From the sequence record NZ_CP025192.1: DNA of 64,000 bases. The stretch is one strand, 5' to 3'. The stretch is from a plasmid. The notes under the pieces are model-generated. The model did no database searches, had not been told where the DNA came from, and saw only the letters and a program-made list of their open reading frames with translations. Both the position numbers and the translations under genes were made by a program. Shown in pieces: positions 55,101-63,700 of the stretch. Position 1 is the first letter of the stretch. Every line of letters starts with the position of its first letter.

Positions 55101-57198
55101 GGCCCTGTTGAGCCGGCTCGACGGTGAGGACCGCATCGCCCGCAAGCGCATCGAGCGCATGAAGGAGGGCATGCAGGAGAAGCTGGAAGGCCTGTCCAGC
55201 ACCAAGGACGACATGCTGACCATCGCCGAGATGGGCGTGGACCAGCTGATCGCCGACGAGGCGCAGGAGTTCCGCAAGCTGTCCTTCGCCACCAACATGG
55301 GCGGCCTCAAGGGCATCGCCCCGGACGGCTCGCAGCGGGCCTGGGACCTGTTCGTGAAGTCGCGCTTCGTGGCGACCGTCAATCCTGGCCGGGCGCTGGT
55401 GCTGGCCTCGGGCACGCCCATCACCAACACCCTGGGCGAGATGTTCACCCTGCAGCGCTTCATGCAGCCGGAGATGCTGGAGGAGCGTGGCATCCAGGAG
55501 TTCGACGCCTGGGCGTCCAATTTCGGCGATACCCGCACCGAGCTGGAACTGCAGCCCTCCGGCCTCTACAAGCCGGTGACGCGCTTCTCCGAGTTCGTCA
55601 ACGTGGCCGACCTGATCGCCATGTTCCGCTCCGTCGCGGACGTGGTGCTGAAGGACGACCTGCGGCAGTACCTGCGGCTGCCCGCGATCACGGGCGGCAA
55701 GCGCCAGATCGTCACCGCCCCCGCCAGCCCGGCCTTCAAGGCCTACCAACGCCACCTGGCCGAGCGCATCAAGGCGATCGAGGCGCGAAAGGGTAAGCCC
55801 GAGAAGGGCCAGGACATCCTGCTCTCCGTCATTACCGACGGCCGGCACGCCGCGATCGACCTGCGCTTCGTGGTGCCCGAGCAGGACAACGAGCCGCAGA
55901 ACAAGCTCAACCTGCTGATCGGGAACGCCTTCCGCATCTGGCAGGAGACCCGGGACCGGCGCTACCGCAGGCCGGACGGCACGCCGCACCCGGTGCCGGG
56001 CGCCGCGCAGATGATCTTCTCGGACCTGGGCACCGAGGGGGCGCTCGCCACGCGGGGCTTCTCGGCCTATCGCTGGATCCGCGAGCGCCTGATCGCCCTC
56101 GGCGTGCCGGCCGAGCGCATTGCCTTCATGCAGGACTACAAGAAGGCGGAAGCCAAGCAGTCGCTGTTCAACGCCCTGAACAACGGCCAGATGGACTTCG
56201 TGCTGGGCTCCTCGGCCACCATGGGGACCGGCGTGAACGCCCAGCGCCGGCTCGCCGCTCTGCACCACCTCGACGTGCCCTGGCTACCGTCCGAGATCGA
56301 GCAGCGCGAGGGCCGCATCGAGCGGCAGGGCAACCAGAACGAGGAGATCGGTCTCTACGCCTACGCCACCCTGGGCTCCATGGATGCCCAGATGTGGCAG
56401 AACAACGAGCGCAAGGCGCGCTTCATCGCGGCGGCGCTGGGCGGGGACCGCTCGATCCGCCGGCTGGAGGACCTCGGCAGCCAGGCCAACCAGTTCGCCA
56501 TGGCCAAGGCCATCGCGTCGGGCGACCCGCGGCTGATGCAGAAGGCCGGGCTGGAGGCCGAGCTTGCCCGGCTGGAACGACAGCACGCCGCGCATTTCGA
56601 CGACCAGCACGCCGTCCGGCGGCGCATCGCGGAGGCCCGCTCGGCGGTCGGCCGGGCGACCCAGGCGATCACCGACACCGAGGCCGACCTGGCGCGGCGG
56701 GTGTCCACCCGGGGCGAGGCGTTCCACATGGAGGTGGAGGACAGGACCTTCACCGAGCGCAAGCCGGCTGGCGCCGCGCTGCTGAAGTTCATCCGGACCG
56801 TGCAGTTCGAGGGCCGCAAGGGCGATTGGGACCTCGGGACCATCGGCGGCTTCCCGCTGAAGCTGGAGGCACGTCGCTACCAGCAAGGCGCCAAGCTGGA
56901 AGTCCACCTCCTGCTCGCGCGCACCGGCGGGGAGCAGGAAATCCAGATCGAGGACGACCTCACCGCCATGGGGCTGGTCTCGCGCCTGGAATACGACCTC
57001 GGGCGCTTCGAGGCGGAACTGGCCGAGCACCGGCGCCGTCTGGCTGAAGCCAAGCGGCAACTGCCGGCCTACGAGGCACGGCTCGCAGCAGGCTTCGAGT
57101 TCGCGGACGAGCTGGAGGCCAAGCGGGCCGAGATGAAGCGGCTGGAAGAGGACCTGGCTCAGACAGGGAAGGAGGAAGAACTGCCCGCCGCAGCTTGA
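52117..57198 (+). CDS. Large N6-adenine DNA methyltransferase + SNF2/DEAD-like helicase fusion protein (conjugative-element Sno-like methylase-helicase)
   Basis: Methyltransferase motifs EPGCGTGQF and AIGNPPFSD. Helicase motifs AHAVGAGKT and LIADEAQEF. 1693 aa. The antisense 1465-aa ORF is spurious. Confidence 0.85.
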   Translation: MAKAAPSSQLSLFDTTALSSPFSLFGDGGGGLLPAAGGEDDEEESASAPLAPAIPRVVARDFRLTTERGLAAGWKARAADNLAAIRLMQRIEGETRPATAEEQAILARFVGYGAGDLANTLFRRPGEDWRDGWAEQGDGLEQAVSASEHASLSRCTQYAHFTPEYIVRAVWAGLGRMGFRRGAILEPGCGTGQFLALRPDGIEDCSAVTGIEMDPVTARIAALLYPKAWIRNEDFCRAKLVENYDLAIGNPPFSDRTVRAEDPAGRLGLKLHDYFIARAVERLRPGGLAAFVTSHGTLDKVDPKAREHIAGMADLVGAIRLPAGSFAAAAGTDVVVDILFLQRRERGAAPNGVEWVHLAEVVPATDGEAAIHANAWFATHPEMVLGRHGWTSGPFGLAYDCARDGRDLDAALAEAIARLPEGIHQPPATAAAPVRAAKPTVQVGTAAEGATIKEGSYLLGQGGTLLQVVDGRAEEVAVKSGKGTVGLFAKHARIIRGLIPVRDAVREVIRAQEADEPFGAAQVRLRAAYGSFVRAFGPINLTTVSTSTDEATGEVRESVRRPNLQPFLDDPDSWLVSSIEEYDLETGTASRGPIFTDRVIHAPAEPVIVSAADALAVTLAERGTVDLDHIAELLGRDRATVLAELGETVFLDPGLTTGGFEAWQTADEYLSGHVRRKLAAARAAAVLDERYARNVVALERVQPEDLRPSDITARLGAPWIPASDVASFIEEVMGVRTVVRHTVEVAHWSIEVHRFAGEASATSEWGTHRRHAGELLDDALNAAIPQIWDVWRDENGEHRQLNAKETEAAKDKLARIKGAFERWVWTDGDRAERLVRVYNDAFNSLMPRHFSGEHLQLPGASTAIQLRAHQKRVVWRIIASGQTYIAHAVGAGKTFTIAAAIMEQKRLGLISKAMLTVPGHCLAQASREFLQLYPGARILVADETNFSKDKRGRFLARAATANWDCIIITHSAFKFIASPAEFERGLVQAQLDAYSALLSRLDGEDRIARKRIERMKEGMQEKLEGLSSTKDDMLTIAEMGVDQLIADEAQEFRKLSFATNMGGLKGIAPDGSQRAWDLFVKSRFVATVNPGRALVLASGTPITNTLGEMFTLQRFMQPEMLEERGIQEFDAWASNFGDTRTELELQPSGLYKPVTRFSEFVNVADLIAMFRSVADVVLKDDLRQYLRLPAITGGKRQIVTAPASPAFKAYQRHLAERIKAIEARKGKPEKGQDILLSVITDGRHAAIDLRFVVPEQDNEPQNKLNLLIGNAFRIWQETRDRRYRRPDGTPHPVPGAAQMIFSDLGTEGALATRGFSAYRWIRERLIALGVPAERIAFMQDYKKAEAKQSLFNALNNGQMDFVLGSSATMGTGVNAQRRLAALHHLDVPWLPSEIEQREGRIERQGNQNEEIGLYAYATLGSMDAQMWQNNERKARFIAAALGGDRSIRRLEDLGSQANQFAMAKAIASGDPRLMQKAGLEAELARLERQHAAHFDDQHAVRRRIAEARSAVGRATQAITDTEADLARRVSTRGEAFHMEVEDRTFTERKPAGAALLKFIRTVQFEGRKGDWDLGTIGGFPLKLEARRYQQGAKLEVHLLLARTGGEQEIQIEDDLTAMGLVSRLEYDLGRFEAELAEHRRRLAEAKRQLPAYEARLAAGFEFADELEAKRAEMKRLEEDLAQTGKEEELPAAA

Positions 57199-57486
57199 CG
57201 TCCAACCAGGACAGAGCGGAGGGCATACGAGGATGGCGGCGATCGGTAAGCCGAGAAGGGGCGGGAGAGAGAGCGGTCGCACCCGGCCGCGCCCCGTCAC
57301 CGCTGCGCTCCACGGCCGCCTGCGCAGCCCTGCCCCGCTTGGCCGCACCCCGCTGCGCGGGCCGCGTCCCGCGCCGGGGCAGGGCCGCTCGCCCGCCGTG
57401 GTGCCGGCGCCCGCCCGGGCGCCGTCGGGGAGGGGTCAGCCCAGGGATAGGGCGGACAGGAACCCCTCGGAGCGAGCCCGACCCCC

Positions 57487-59253
57487 ATGAAGCTGATCGA
57501 GACCGACCCCAAGAAGCTGCGCAACAACCCGGCCAATCCCCGCCTGACCCCGGCTGGACCTGACGCCGACGCTGTGCTGCTGGCCAACATCAAATCCGTC
57601 GGCATCCTGCAGCCGCCGACCGCTCGCGAGGTCGAAGGCGAGCTCGTGCTGATCGCCGGCCATCGCCGCCGCGACGCCGCCATCAAGGCCGGCCTCCGGA
57701 GCATCCACGTCCTGGTGCGCGAGGACGGTGACGAGGCCGGCGCCGACCAGGTGCGGGCCCTGGCCGAGAACACGGTGCGGGCGGGCATGAACCCGGTCGA
57801 CCAGTGGCGCAAGATTGAGGCCCTGGTCAGCGAGGACTGGACCGAGGAGGCCATCGCCAGCGCCCTGAACCTCACCGTCCGGCGGGTCCGGATGCTCCGG
57901 CACATGAGCCACATCCTGCCCGCCATGCTGACCCAGATGGCCCGCGGCGACATGCCGAACGAGCAGCAGCTGCGCACCATCGGCCTCGCCACGGCGGAGG
58001 AGCAGGCGGCGGTCTGGAAGTCGAACAGGCCCAAGCGGAACGAGCGGGCCAGCTGGCACATGATCGCCCACGGCCTCGACCGGCGCCGGATCCCGTTCAC
58101 CCGGGCGAAGTTCGGGCCGGCCGAGGCCGAGGCCTTCGGCATCGTCTGGCACGATGACCTGTTCGCACCCGGCGACACCGATCCCCGCTACACCACGCAG
58201 ACCGACGCATTCATCCAGGCGCAACAGGCCTGGCTGGAGAACAACCTCCCCGAGGGCGGTGTCCTGCTGGGGCTCGACGAGTACGAGCGGCCGGTGCTGC
58301 CGAAGGGCGCGCAGTCGCTCTACTACCGCCAGCCCGGGCCGGACGACACGGTGGGCTACTATGTCGACCGGCGTTCCTGCGAGGTCGAGACCTCGATCTT
58401 CCGGATGCCCGTGCGGACCGAGCCCCGCTCCTCAGGCGCCCGCAACGATACGACCGGCGCCACGATGCCCAAGGCGGCCCGCCCCGATCTGACGCAGAAG
58501 GGCGAGACCATGGTGGGCGACCTGCGGACCGAGGCGCTGCACACTGCCTTCGCCGAGGCTGAGATCCCCGACGACACGCTGATCGGCCTGCTCGTCCTGG
58601 CCCTGGCGGGGCGGAACGTCAGCGTACGTTCCGGCGCGAGGGGCGACGACCTCTACGCCGGGCACCGCGCGGAACTGGCCGCCTCCATCACCGAGGGCGG
58701 CGTCATCACCAGCGATCCGGCCGCGCTGCGCGCCGCCGCCCGTGGGATGCTCCGTCAGGCGCTGTCCTGCCGGGTCGGCTTTTCGTCCTCGGGGATGGTC
58801 GGGCGCATCGCGGGCTTGGCCGTGGAGGCCGACAGCTACCTGCCGACCACGGCGACGGAGGAATTCCTTGCCAACCTGAGCAAGGCGGCCATCGAACGCA
58901 CCGCCAGCGCCAACAATGTCCTGCCCCGGCAAACCGGCAAGGCCACACGCGCGGCGATCGTGGAACAGATGAAGAACCGGATCTTCCTGCACCCGCTGGT
59001 ACGCTTCGGGTTCACCGACGAGGAGCGCCGCAAGGCCGCCGCGGACCGGACGCGCGCCGCGGAGCTGGCCGCCTTCCGCAAAGGGGGCTGCGGCACCGAG
59101 GACGCGAGCATCGAGGGCGAGGAGATCCCGGAGGAGGACGAGGAGGCGGAGCCGTCGCAGCCGGACGAGGGTGAGGACGAGACGGAGGGGGACGGGAACG
59201 GCGCCCCGCCACCCCCAGGCCAGGGCAGCGCCCCCGTCGCGCACGCGCCCTGA
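57487..59253 (+). CDS. ParB-like nuclease domain protein (ParB/Srx N-terminus) with an acidic C-terminal tail
   Basis: LIAGHRRRDAAIKAGL ParB box. Poly-Glu/Asp tail. Confidence 0.8.
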   Translation: MKLIETDPKKLRNNPANPRLTPAGPDADAVLLANIKSVGILQPPTAREVEGELVLIAGHRRRDAAIKAGLRSIHVLVREDGDEAGADQVRALAENTVRAGMNPVDQWRKIEALVSEDWTEEAIASALNLTVRRVRMLRHMSHILPAMLTQMARGDMPNEQQLRTIGLATAEEQAAVWKSNRPKRNERASWHMIAHGLDRRRIPFTRAKFGPAEAEAFGIVWHDDLFAPGDTDPRYTTQTDAFIQAQQAWLENNLPEGGVLLGLDEYERPVLPKGAQSLYYRQPGPDDTVGYYVDRRSCEVETSIFRMPVRTEPRSSGARNDTTGATMPKAARPDLTQKGETMVGDLRTEALHTAFAEAEIPDDTLIGLLVLALAGRNVSVRSGARGDDLYAGHRAELAASITEGGVITSDPAALRAAARGMLRQALSCRVGFSSSGMVGRIAGLAVEADSYLPTTATEEFLANLSKAAIERTASANNVLPRQTGKATRAAIVEQMKNRIFLHPLVRFGFTDEERRKAAADRTRAAELAAFRKGGCGTEDASIEGEEIPEEDEEAEPSQPDEGEDETEGDGNGAPPPPGQGSAPVAHAP

Positions 59254-59317
59254 GCCTCCTGGACCCGGCCATCCGGCCGGGTCCCTCCCCGCCAACGTCA
59301 CCCACGAGGCAAGCCCC

Positions 59318-59608
59318 ATGGCCTTCATCGACGTCGCCGCGCGCGGCTCGGCCAGCGAACCGTTCCAGCTCGCCGGTAAGAATCCGATCCTGCACACGCC
59401 CGGCCTGCGGGACGATCACGACCGCCTGTTCGAGTATGCGGACGGCCATCTGGGCTTCTACGGCTTCCTGCGCGTGGCCCATGCCCGCATCGCCAGGAGG
59501 ATCATGGTCGGGCTGATGGATCTGCCCGACCGCCTGTGGCGCGACGCCTATGACGATGGCGCCCACCCGGCCGAGGAGGCCGATGCCGCCCTGGAGGATG
59601 ACGAGTAA
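59318..59608 (+). CDS. Hypothetical protein (96 aa)
   Basis: ATG 59318. The ORF listing starts at 59171. Confidence 0.45.
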   Translation: MAFIDVAARGSASEPFQLAGKNPILHTPGLRDDHDRLFEYADGHLGFYGFLRVAHARIARRIMVGLMDLPDRLWRDAYDDGAHPAEEADAALEDDE

Positions 59609-59689
59609 ACCGCATTATCGCTCTATCCGGAGGGGTAGGCCGGTCCACGAAGCGAGAGGGCCAGGAGAGCGCGGTGGCGTGCGCGTTTC

Positions 59690-59789
59690 CCTGGGCACAA
59701 GGGTCCGTCGCTCCGCTCCCTCACTCCGTTCGCCCTTGTCACCCGGGAAACGGCACGCCCTGTCCGGAGGTGGTTGAGGAGAACCGGAC
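59690..59789 (+). repeat. Leader repeat copy 6
   Basis: CACAAGGGTCCGTCGCTCCGCTCCCTCACTCCGTTCGCCCTTGTCACCCGG...GAGGAGAACCGGAC followed by ATG. Confidence 0.5.
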
Positions 59790-59984
59790 ATGGAAATGGA
59801 TCAACGCACCGAGAAGCTCTGGAAGGCCTGCGAGGAACAAGTGGCCTTGCTGGAGGAGGCACTCTATTCGGCCAACCCGCGCGACTACGACGACGCATGC
59901 GAGAAACTCGACGAAATGCTGTTTGATCTCGAGGAGATGTCCACGGCCGTGAGAGCGCATTTCGCCACCCTGCACCAACAGTAA
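59790..59984 (+). CDS. Small acidic hypothetical protein (64 aa)
   Basis: RBS GAGGAGAA. Composition is protein-like. Confidence 0.4.
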   Translation: MEMDQRTEKLWKACEEQVALLEEALYSANPRDYDDACEKLDEMLFDLEEMSTAVRAHFATLHQQ

Positions 59985-60224
59985 GCAGGAACGGCGTGCC
60001 GGCGCGAATGCATTTCCCGTTCGCGCCACATCTTTCGACAATGACGGCGTCGGCCAGTCCCCCGGCTGGCCCCGTCGGATCGAAGGAACTCTCCATGCCC
60101 TCCATCAGAGACATCTTGCGCCCCAGCCGCTCCACCTGGATCGCCTGACACCGCCGCCGGCCCGGGTGAACAGGGGTGAGGGGAGAAGGCGGGTGGAGGC
60201 GGGCGAAGAAGCCCTGCCGCGCCC

Positions 60225-60380
60225 GCCCCCCGGCGGCAAGGGGCTGTCGCTGCGCTCCCTCGCTCCGCTCGCCCTTGCCCCCGGCGGCCTGGACCGCGCC
60301 CACGGGGGAGGGGTCGGGGGCGAAAGACCAGAAGGCGAAAGCCCGTCCGCGACGAACCGCGACAATCCGGAGTTGATCCC
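60225..60380 (+). repeat. Leader repeat copy 7
   Basis: GGCAAGGGGCTGTCGCTGCGCTCCCTCGCTCCGCTCGCCCTTGCCCCCGG...CCGGAGTTGATCCC followed by ATG. Confidence 0.5.
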
Positions 60381-61070
60381 ATGACGACCCTCCTCGAGCG
60401 CGTGCTGCGCTCGGCGGCCGAGGATCTCGGCCTCTCGCCCCAGGGCTGGACCGCCCTGGACGGCGATCTCCTGAACGGACAGAGCTTCCGGCACCCGGAC
60501 AGGCCCTCGCTCGTCATCGAGGTCGTCTGCGACGGACAGGCCTGGTCCTGGTCGACCGGGGGCTCCGATCGTGACGAACGGCCGGTGCTGCTGACGGCAA
60601 GCGGCCAACCCTGGGCCTGCGTCCATGATCTCGCCATCGGTCTCCACGCCGATGCCCGCGCCGCGCTGCTCGCCGCCCTGGCGGTCGCCGGCGACGACCT
60701 CCGCGAAGCGCGCCTGTGCTCGACCGCGATGCTGCACACGCGCCTGGCCGCGGTGACGGGCCGCCGGGGCACCGACGTCTTCGTGGCGCCGGTGAAGGTG
60801 GTTCCGGGACGGGAAACGGCGCCGGCGGCACCTCGGGCGCTGGTCTGGGACTACCGGGGCGTGATTCCGGACGGCACCGAGGTGTCCGGCACCGTGGTCG
60901 CCACCGACGAGGTGACGGCCGAGGATCTTGCCGTCCACACCTGTCCGGTCCTGCACCTGATCTCCCTGCGCCCGCGTCTCGCCGGCCTTTCGCCGCTGCC
61001 GCAGATACAGGCCGGCGCCGCCCTGGAACTGCTCTTTCCGGCCTCCGGCGACATCGCGGCCTCCCGGTAG
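60381..61070 (+). CDS. Hypothetical protein (229 aa)
   Basis: ORF downstream of repeat copy 7. Antisense ORFs are Arg-rich junk. Confidence 0.5.
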   Translation: MTTLLERVLRSAAEDLGLSPQGWTALDGDLLNGQSFRHPDRPSLVIEVVCDGQAWSWSTGGSDRDERPVLLTASGQPWACVHDLAIGLHADARAALLAALAVAGDDLREARLCSTAMLHTRLAAVTGRRGTDVFVAPVKVVPGRETAPAAPRALVWDYRGVIPDGTEVSGTVVATDEVTAEDLAVHTCPVLHLISLRPRLAGLSPLPQIQAGAALELLFPASGDIAASR

Positions 61071-61192
61071 CGCGGCGACCGCCGCCTGACGACCCGGCGC
61101 CGGAACACGCGCCACCTCTTCCATCGACCATCGCCATCACGAACGGCAGGACCTCCCGGTCCTGCCGTTCGCGTTTCCGGAGACCCACGCCC

Positions 61193-63001
61193 ATGCTCAC
61201 CGAGAGCGGCCACGCCACCATCCTGCACGCCCACCTCTTCGCCGGCCTCGGCGGCGGGGCGCGCGGGTTCAACCGGGCCACCTCCCGGGTCGGCAACCTC
61301 ACCGCGAGCTTCCGCTGCCTCGGCGGCATCGACGTGGACGCCGCCGCGATCCGCGACTTCGGCCGCCTCGCCGGCGTGCCCGGCACCTGCCTGGACCTGT
61401 TCGACCGCGAGCAGTACCGCGACTTCCACGGCCAGGAGCCGCCCGCCGGCTGGCGCGAGGCCACCGTGGACGACGTGCGCGCGGCCTTCGGCCACGAGCG
61501 CCCGCATGTCCTGTTCACCTCGCCCCCCTGCAAGGGCTTCTCCGGCCTGCTCAGCGAGACCAAGAGCCGGACCCGGAAGTACCAGGCGCTGAACCGCTTG
61601 ACGCTGCGCGGCATCTGGCTGGCGCTGGAGGCCTACCGGGACGATCCGGTGGAGCTGATCCTGCTGGAGAACGTGCCCCGCATCGCCTCGCGCGGCCGGC
61701 CGCTGCTGGACCAGATCGGCGGCCTGCTGCGGGCCTACGGCTACGCCGTGGCCGAGACGACGCATGACTGCGGGGAGCTGGGCGGGCTGGCGCAGTCGCG
61801 CCGCCGCTTCCTGCTGGTCGCCCGCCACACCGCCAAGGTGAAGCCATTCCTCTACGAGCCACCGAAGCGCTCGCTGCACGGCGTCGGTGACGTCCTCTCC
61901 CGCATGCCCCTGCCCGGCGATCCGGCGGCGGGGCCGATGCACCGGGTGCCGATGCTCCACTGGGCGACCTGGGTCCGGCTCGCCTTCGTCGAGGCCGGGT
62001 CCGACTGGCGCTCGCTGGGCCGGCTCGCGGTCGAGGACGGGCTGCTGCGCGACTATGCCCTCGCCCCTTGCGGCGAGTGGCGCGGCGGTGTGCTGGGCGT
62101 CAACCACTGGGAGGAGCCGGCCGGCACCGTGGCGGGCCGGTCCGGCCCCTCGAATGGCGCCTACAGCGTCGCCGACCCCCGGCGTGCCGACGGGGTGGCC
62201 GCCTTCGGCCAGTACGGCGTCAAGCGGTTCGACCAGCCCTCCCAGGTCGTGATCGGCAAGGCCGCGGTCGGCGCCGGCGGCTTCGCCGTGGCGGATCCCC
62301 GCCACACCGGCCCGGCGAAGCACTCCAACGAGTTCCGCATCGTGCCCTGGGACGGCGCCGGCCGGGCCGTGACGGGGGCCCACGGCACCGGGCAGTGCGT
62401 GGCCGATCCACGGGGTGAGGTCCGCCGCTCGGGCGCGCTGGGCGTCGTGCCCTGGGACGCCGCCGCCGGCACGGTGGCCGGCGAGAGCCTGCCCTCCAAC
62501 GGCACCTTCGCGGTGGCCGACCCCCGGCCCCGGCTGGAGCGCGAGAAGGGCGACGACTACTACGGCGCCGGCCACTACGGCGTGGTGCCGTGGCAGGCTT
62601 CCACCGGCGCGGTGAGCGCAGCGGCCGGCTACGACAACGGCCGCTGGAGCGTCGCCGACCCGCGCCCGGCGCTGCCGCAGGCCTCGGACCGGGTGGTGGC
62701 GCGCATCCGCGCCCTGGATGGGACCTGGCACCGGCCCTTCACCACTGCCGAGCTCTGCGCGCTGCAATCACTGATCGAGCCGGAGGAACAGGCCGAGCTG
62801 GACGGGCTGAGCGATGCCGACTGGCGCGAGCGCATCGGCAATGCCGTACCGCCCGACGCCGCTCAGGCCATCGCCGAAACCATGGGCCGGACGCTGCTGC
62901 TCGCCTGGTCGGGGGAGGGCTTCATGCTCTCGGCTCTCCCGATCTGGGTGCGGCCGATGGCTGTCGCGCTCTCGGTACGCCAACCACAGGACGCAGCGTA
63001 A
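61193..63001 (+). CDS. DNA (cytosine-5) methyltransferase with an expanded repeat-containing variable region (candidate multispecific orphan MTase)
   Basis: Motif I FAGLGGG, motif IV SPPCKGFS, motif VI LLENVP, motif VIII QSRRRFLLVA, motif X GNAVPP. Five tandem ~40-aa repeats ending in VADPR lie between motifs VIII and IX. Confidence 0.8.
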   Translation: MLTESGHATILHAHLFAGLGGGARGFNRATSRVGNLTASFRCLGGIDVDAAAIRDFGRLAGVPGTCLDLFDREQYRDFHGQEPPAGWREATVDDVRAAFGHERPHVLFTSPPCKGFSGLLSETKSRTRKYQALNRLTLRGIWLALEAYRDDPVELILLENVPRIASRGRPLLDQIGGLLRAYGYAVAETTHDCGELGGLAQSRRRFLLVARHTAKVKPFLYEPPKRSLHGVGDVLSRMPLPGDPAAGPMHRVPMLHWATWVRLAFVEAGSDWRSLGRLAVEDGLLRDYALAPCGEWRGGVLGVNHWEEPAGTVAGRSGPSNGAYSVADPRRADGVAAFGQYGVKRFDQPSQVVIGKAAVGAGGFAVADPRHTGPAKHSNEFRIVPWDGAGRAVTGAHGTGQCVADPRGEVRRSGALGVVPWDAAAGTVAGESLPSNGTFAVADPRPRLEREKGDDYYGAGHYGVVPWQASTGAVSAAAGYDNGRWSVADPRPALPQASDRVVARIRALDGTWHRPFTTAELCALQSLIEPEEQAELDGLSDADWRERIGNAVPPDAAQAIAETMGRTLLLAWSGEGFMLSALPIWVRPMAVALSVRQPQDAA

Positions 63002-63023
63002 GGCTGTATCCGGTGGACCGGCG

Positions 63024-63575
63024 CTAGCCCGCCGCGCCGCGGATGCGGCCGAGGTCGAGTACGCCCTTCGCGCCCCAGCCCTTGGCACCGGCCGAGACTT
63101 CCGGCCGGAAGCGCTCGTAGAGACGGAATCCCACCCGGTTCAACTCATCCGGCGCCAGCGAGCCGGCCAGCATCTCCATCGCCGCCCTCACGGCGCCGAG
63201 GTCCTCGCCGAACGCCCGCTCGACGTAGCCGGCCGCGGCGGCAGGCGACGCCGGCTTATCGTGATCCATCGCGCGCAGCGTGCCGTTCTCCTCCACGACG
63301 GGCACGTCGCGGCCCAGCAGATGCACGGCCCGTGGCCGCTGCGTCCGCTCCCCTTCCTGCCGGCGCGCGGCGTCGCGCAGGTCGCCGCCCTCGTGCCCGT
63401 CCCCGGCGATGCCGATGGCCTTCGCCTTGGCGCGCGCGCTGGAGCCGGCCACAGCCCGCCCCAGCGTGATCGCGGTCTCACGGTCGTGGCCCAGGCATTC
63501 GGCCACCACCGCCGCCCAGAGCGTCAGCACGGGCGCCCGGTTCACCTTGATCGCCTTTCCGCCTGCCGCCGCCAT
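63024..63575 (-). CDS. Hypothetical protein
   Basis: 184 aa from ATG 63575, convergent with the MTase gene. Composition moderately protein-like. Confidence 0.4.
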   Translation of the reverse strand: MAAAGGKAIKVNRAPVLTLWAAVVAECLGHDRETAITLGRAVAGSSARAKAKAIGIAGDGHEGGDLRDAARRQEGERTQRPRAVHLLGRDVPVVEENGTLRAMDHDKPASPAAAAGYVERAFGEDLGAVRAAMEMLAGSLAPDELNRVGFRLYERFRPEVSAGAKGWGAKGVLDLGRIRGAAG

Positions 63576-63700
63576 CGCGCTGCCTCCGCCCACCGTGGCC
63601 GTCCAACGGTCCAAGTGATGACGGGATGCGTGTGGCGCTCCATGTCACCCGGGTCAGCCGCCGGGCCGGCGCCTCGCGGGATCCGGGGCAGGACACCACC

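Noticed and set aside
51871-56268. 1465-aa ORF on the minus strand
   Set aside because: It is antisense to the methylase-helicase gene, which has unambiguous motifs. The product is Gly/Arg/Ala-rich low complexity, as expected from high-GC antisense frames.
60105-62767. Several 340-640-aa minus-strand ORFs
   Set aside because: Antisense to the 60381 ORF and the C5 methyltransferase. Junk composition.
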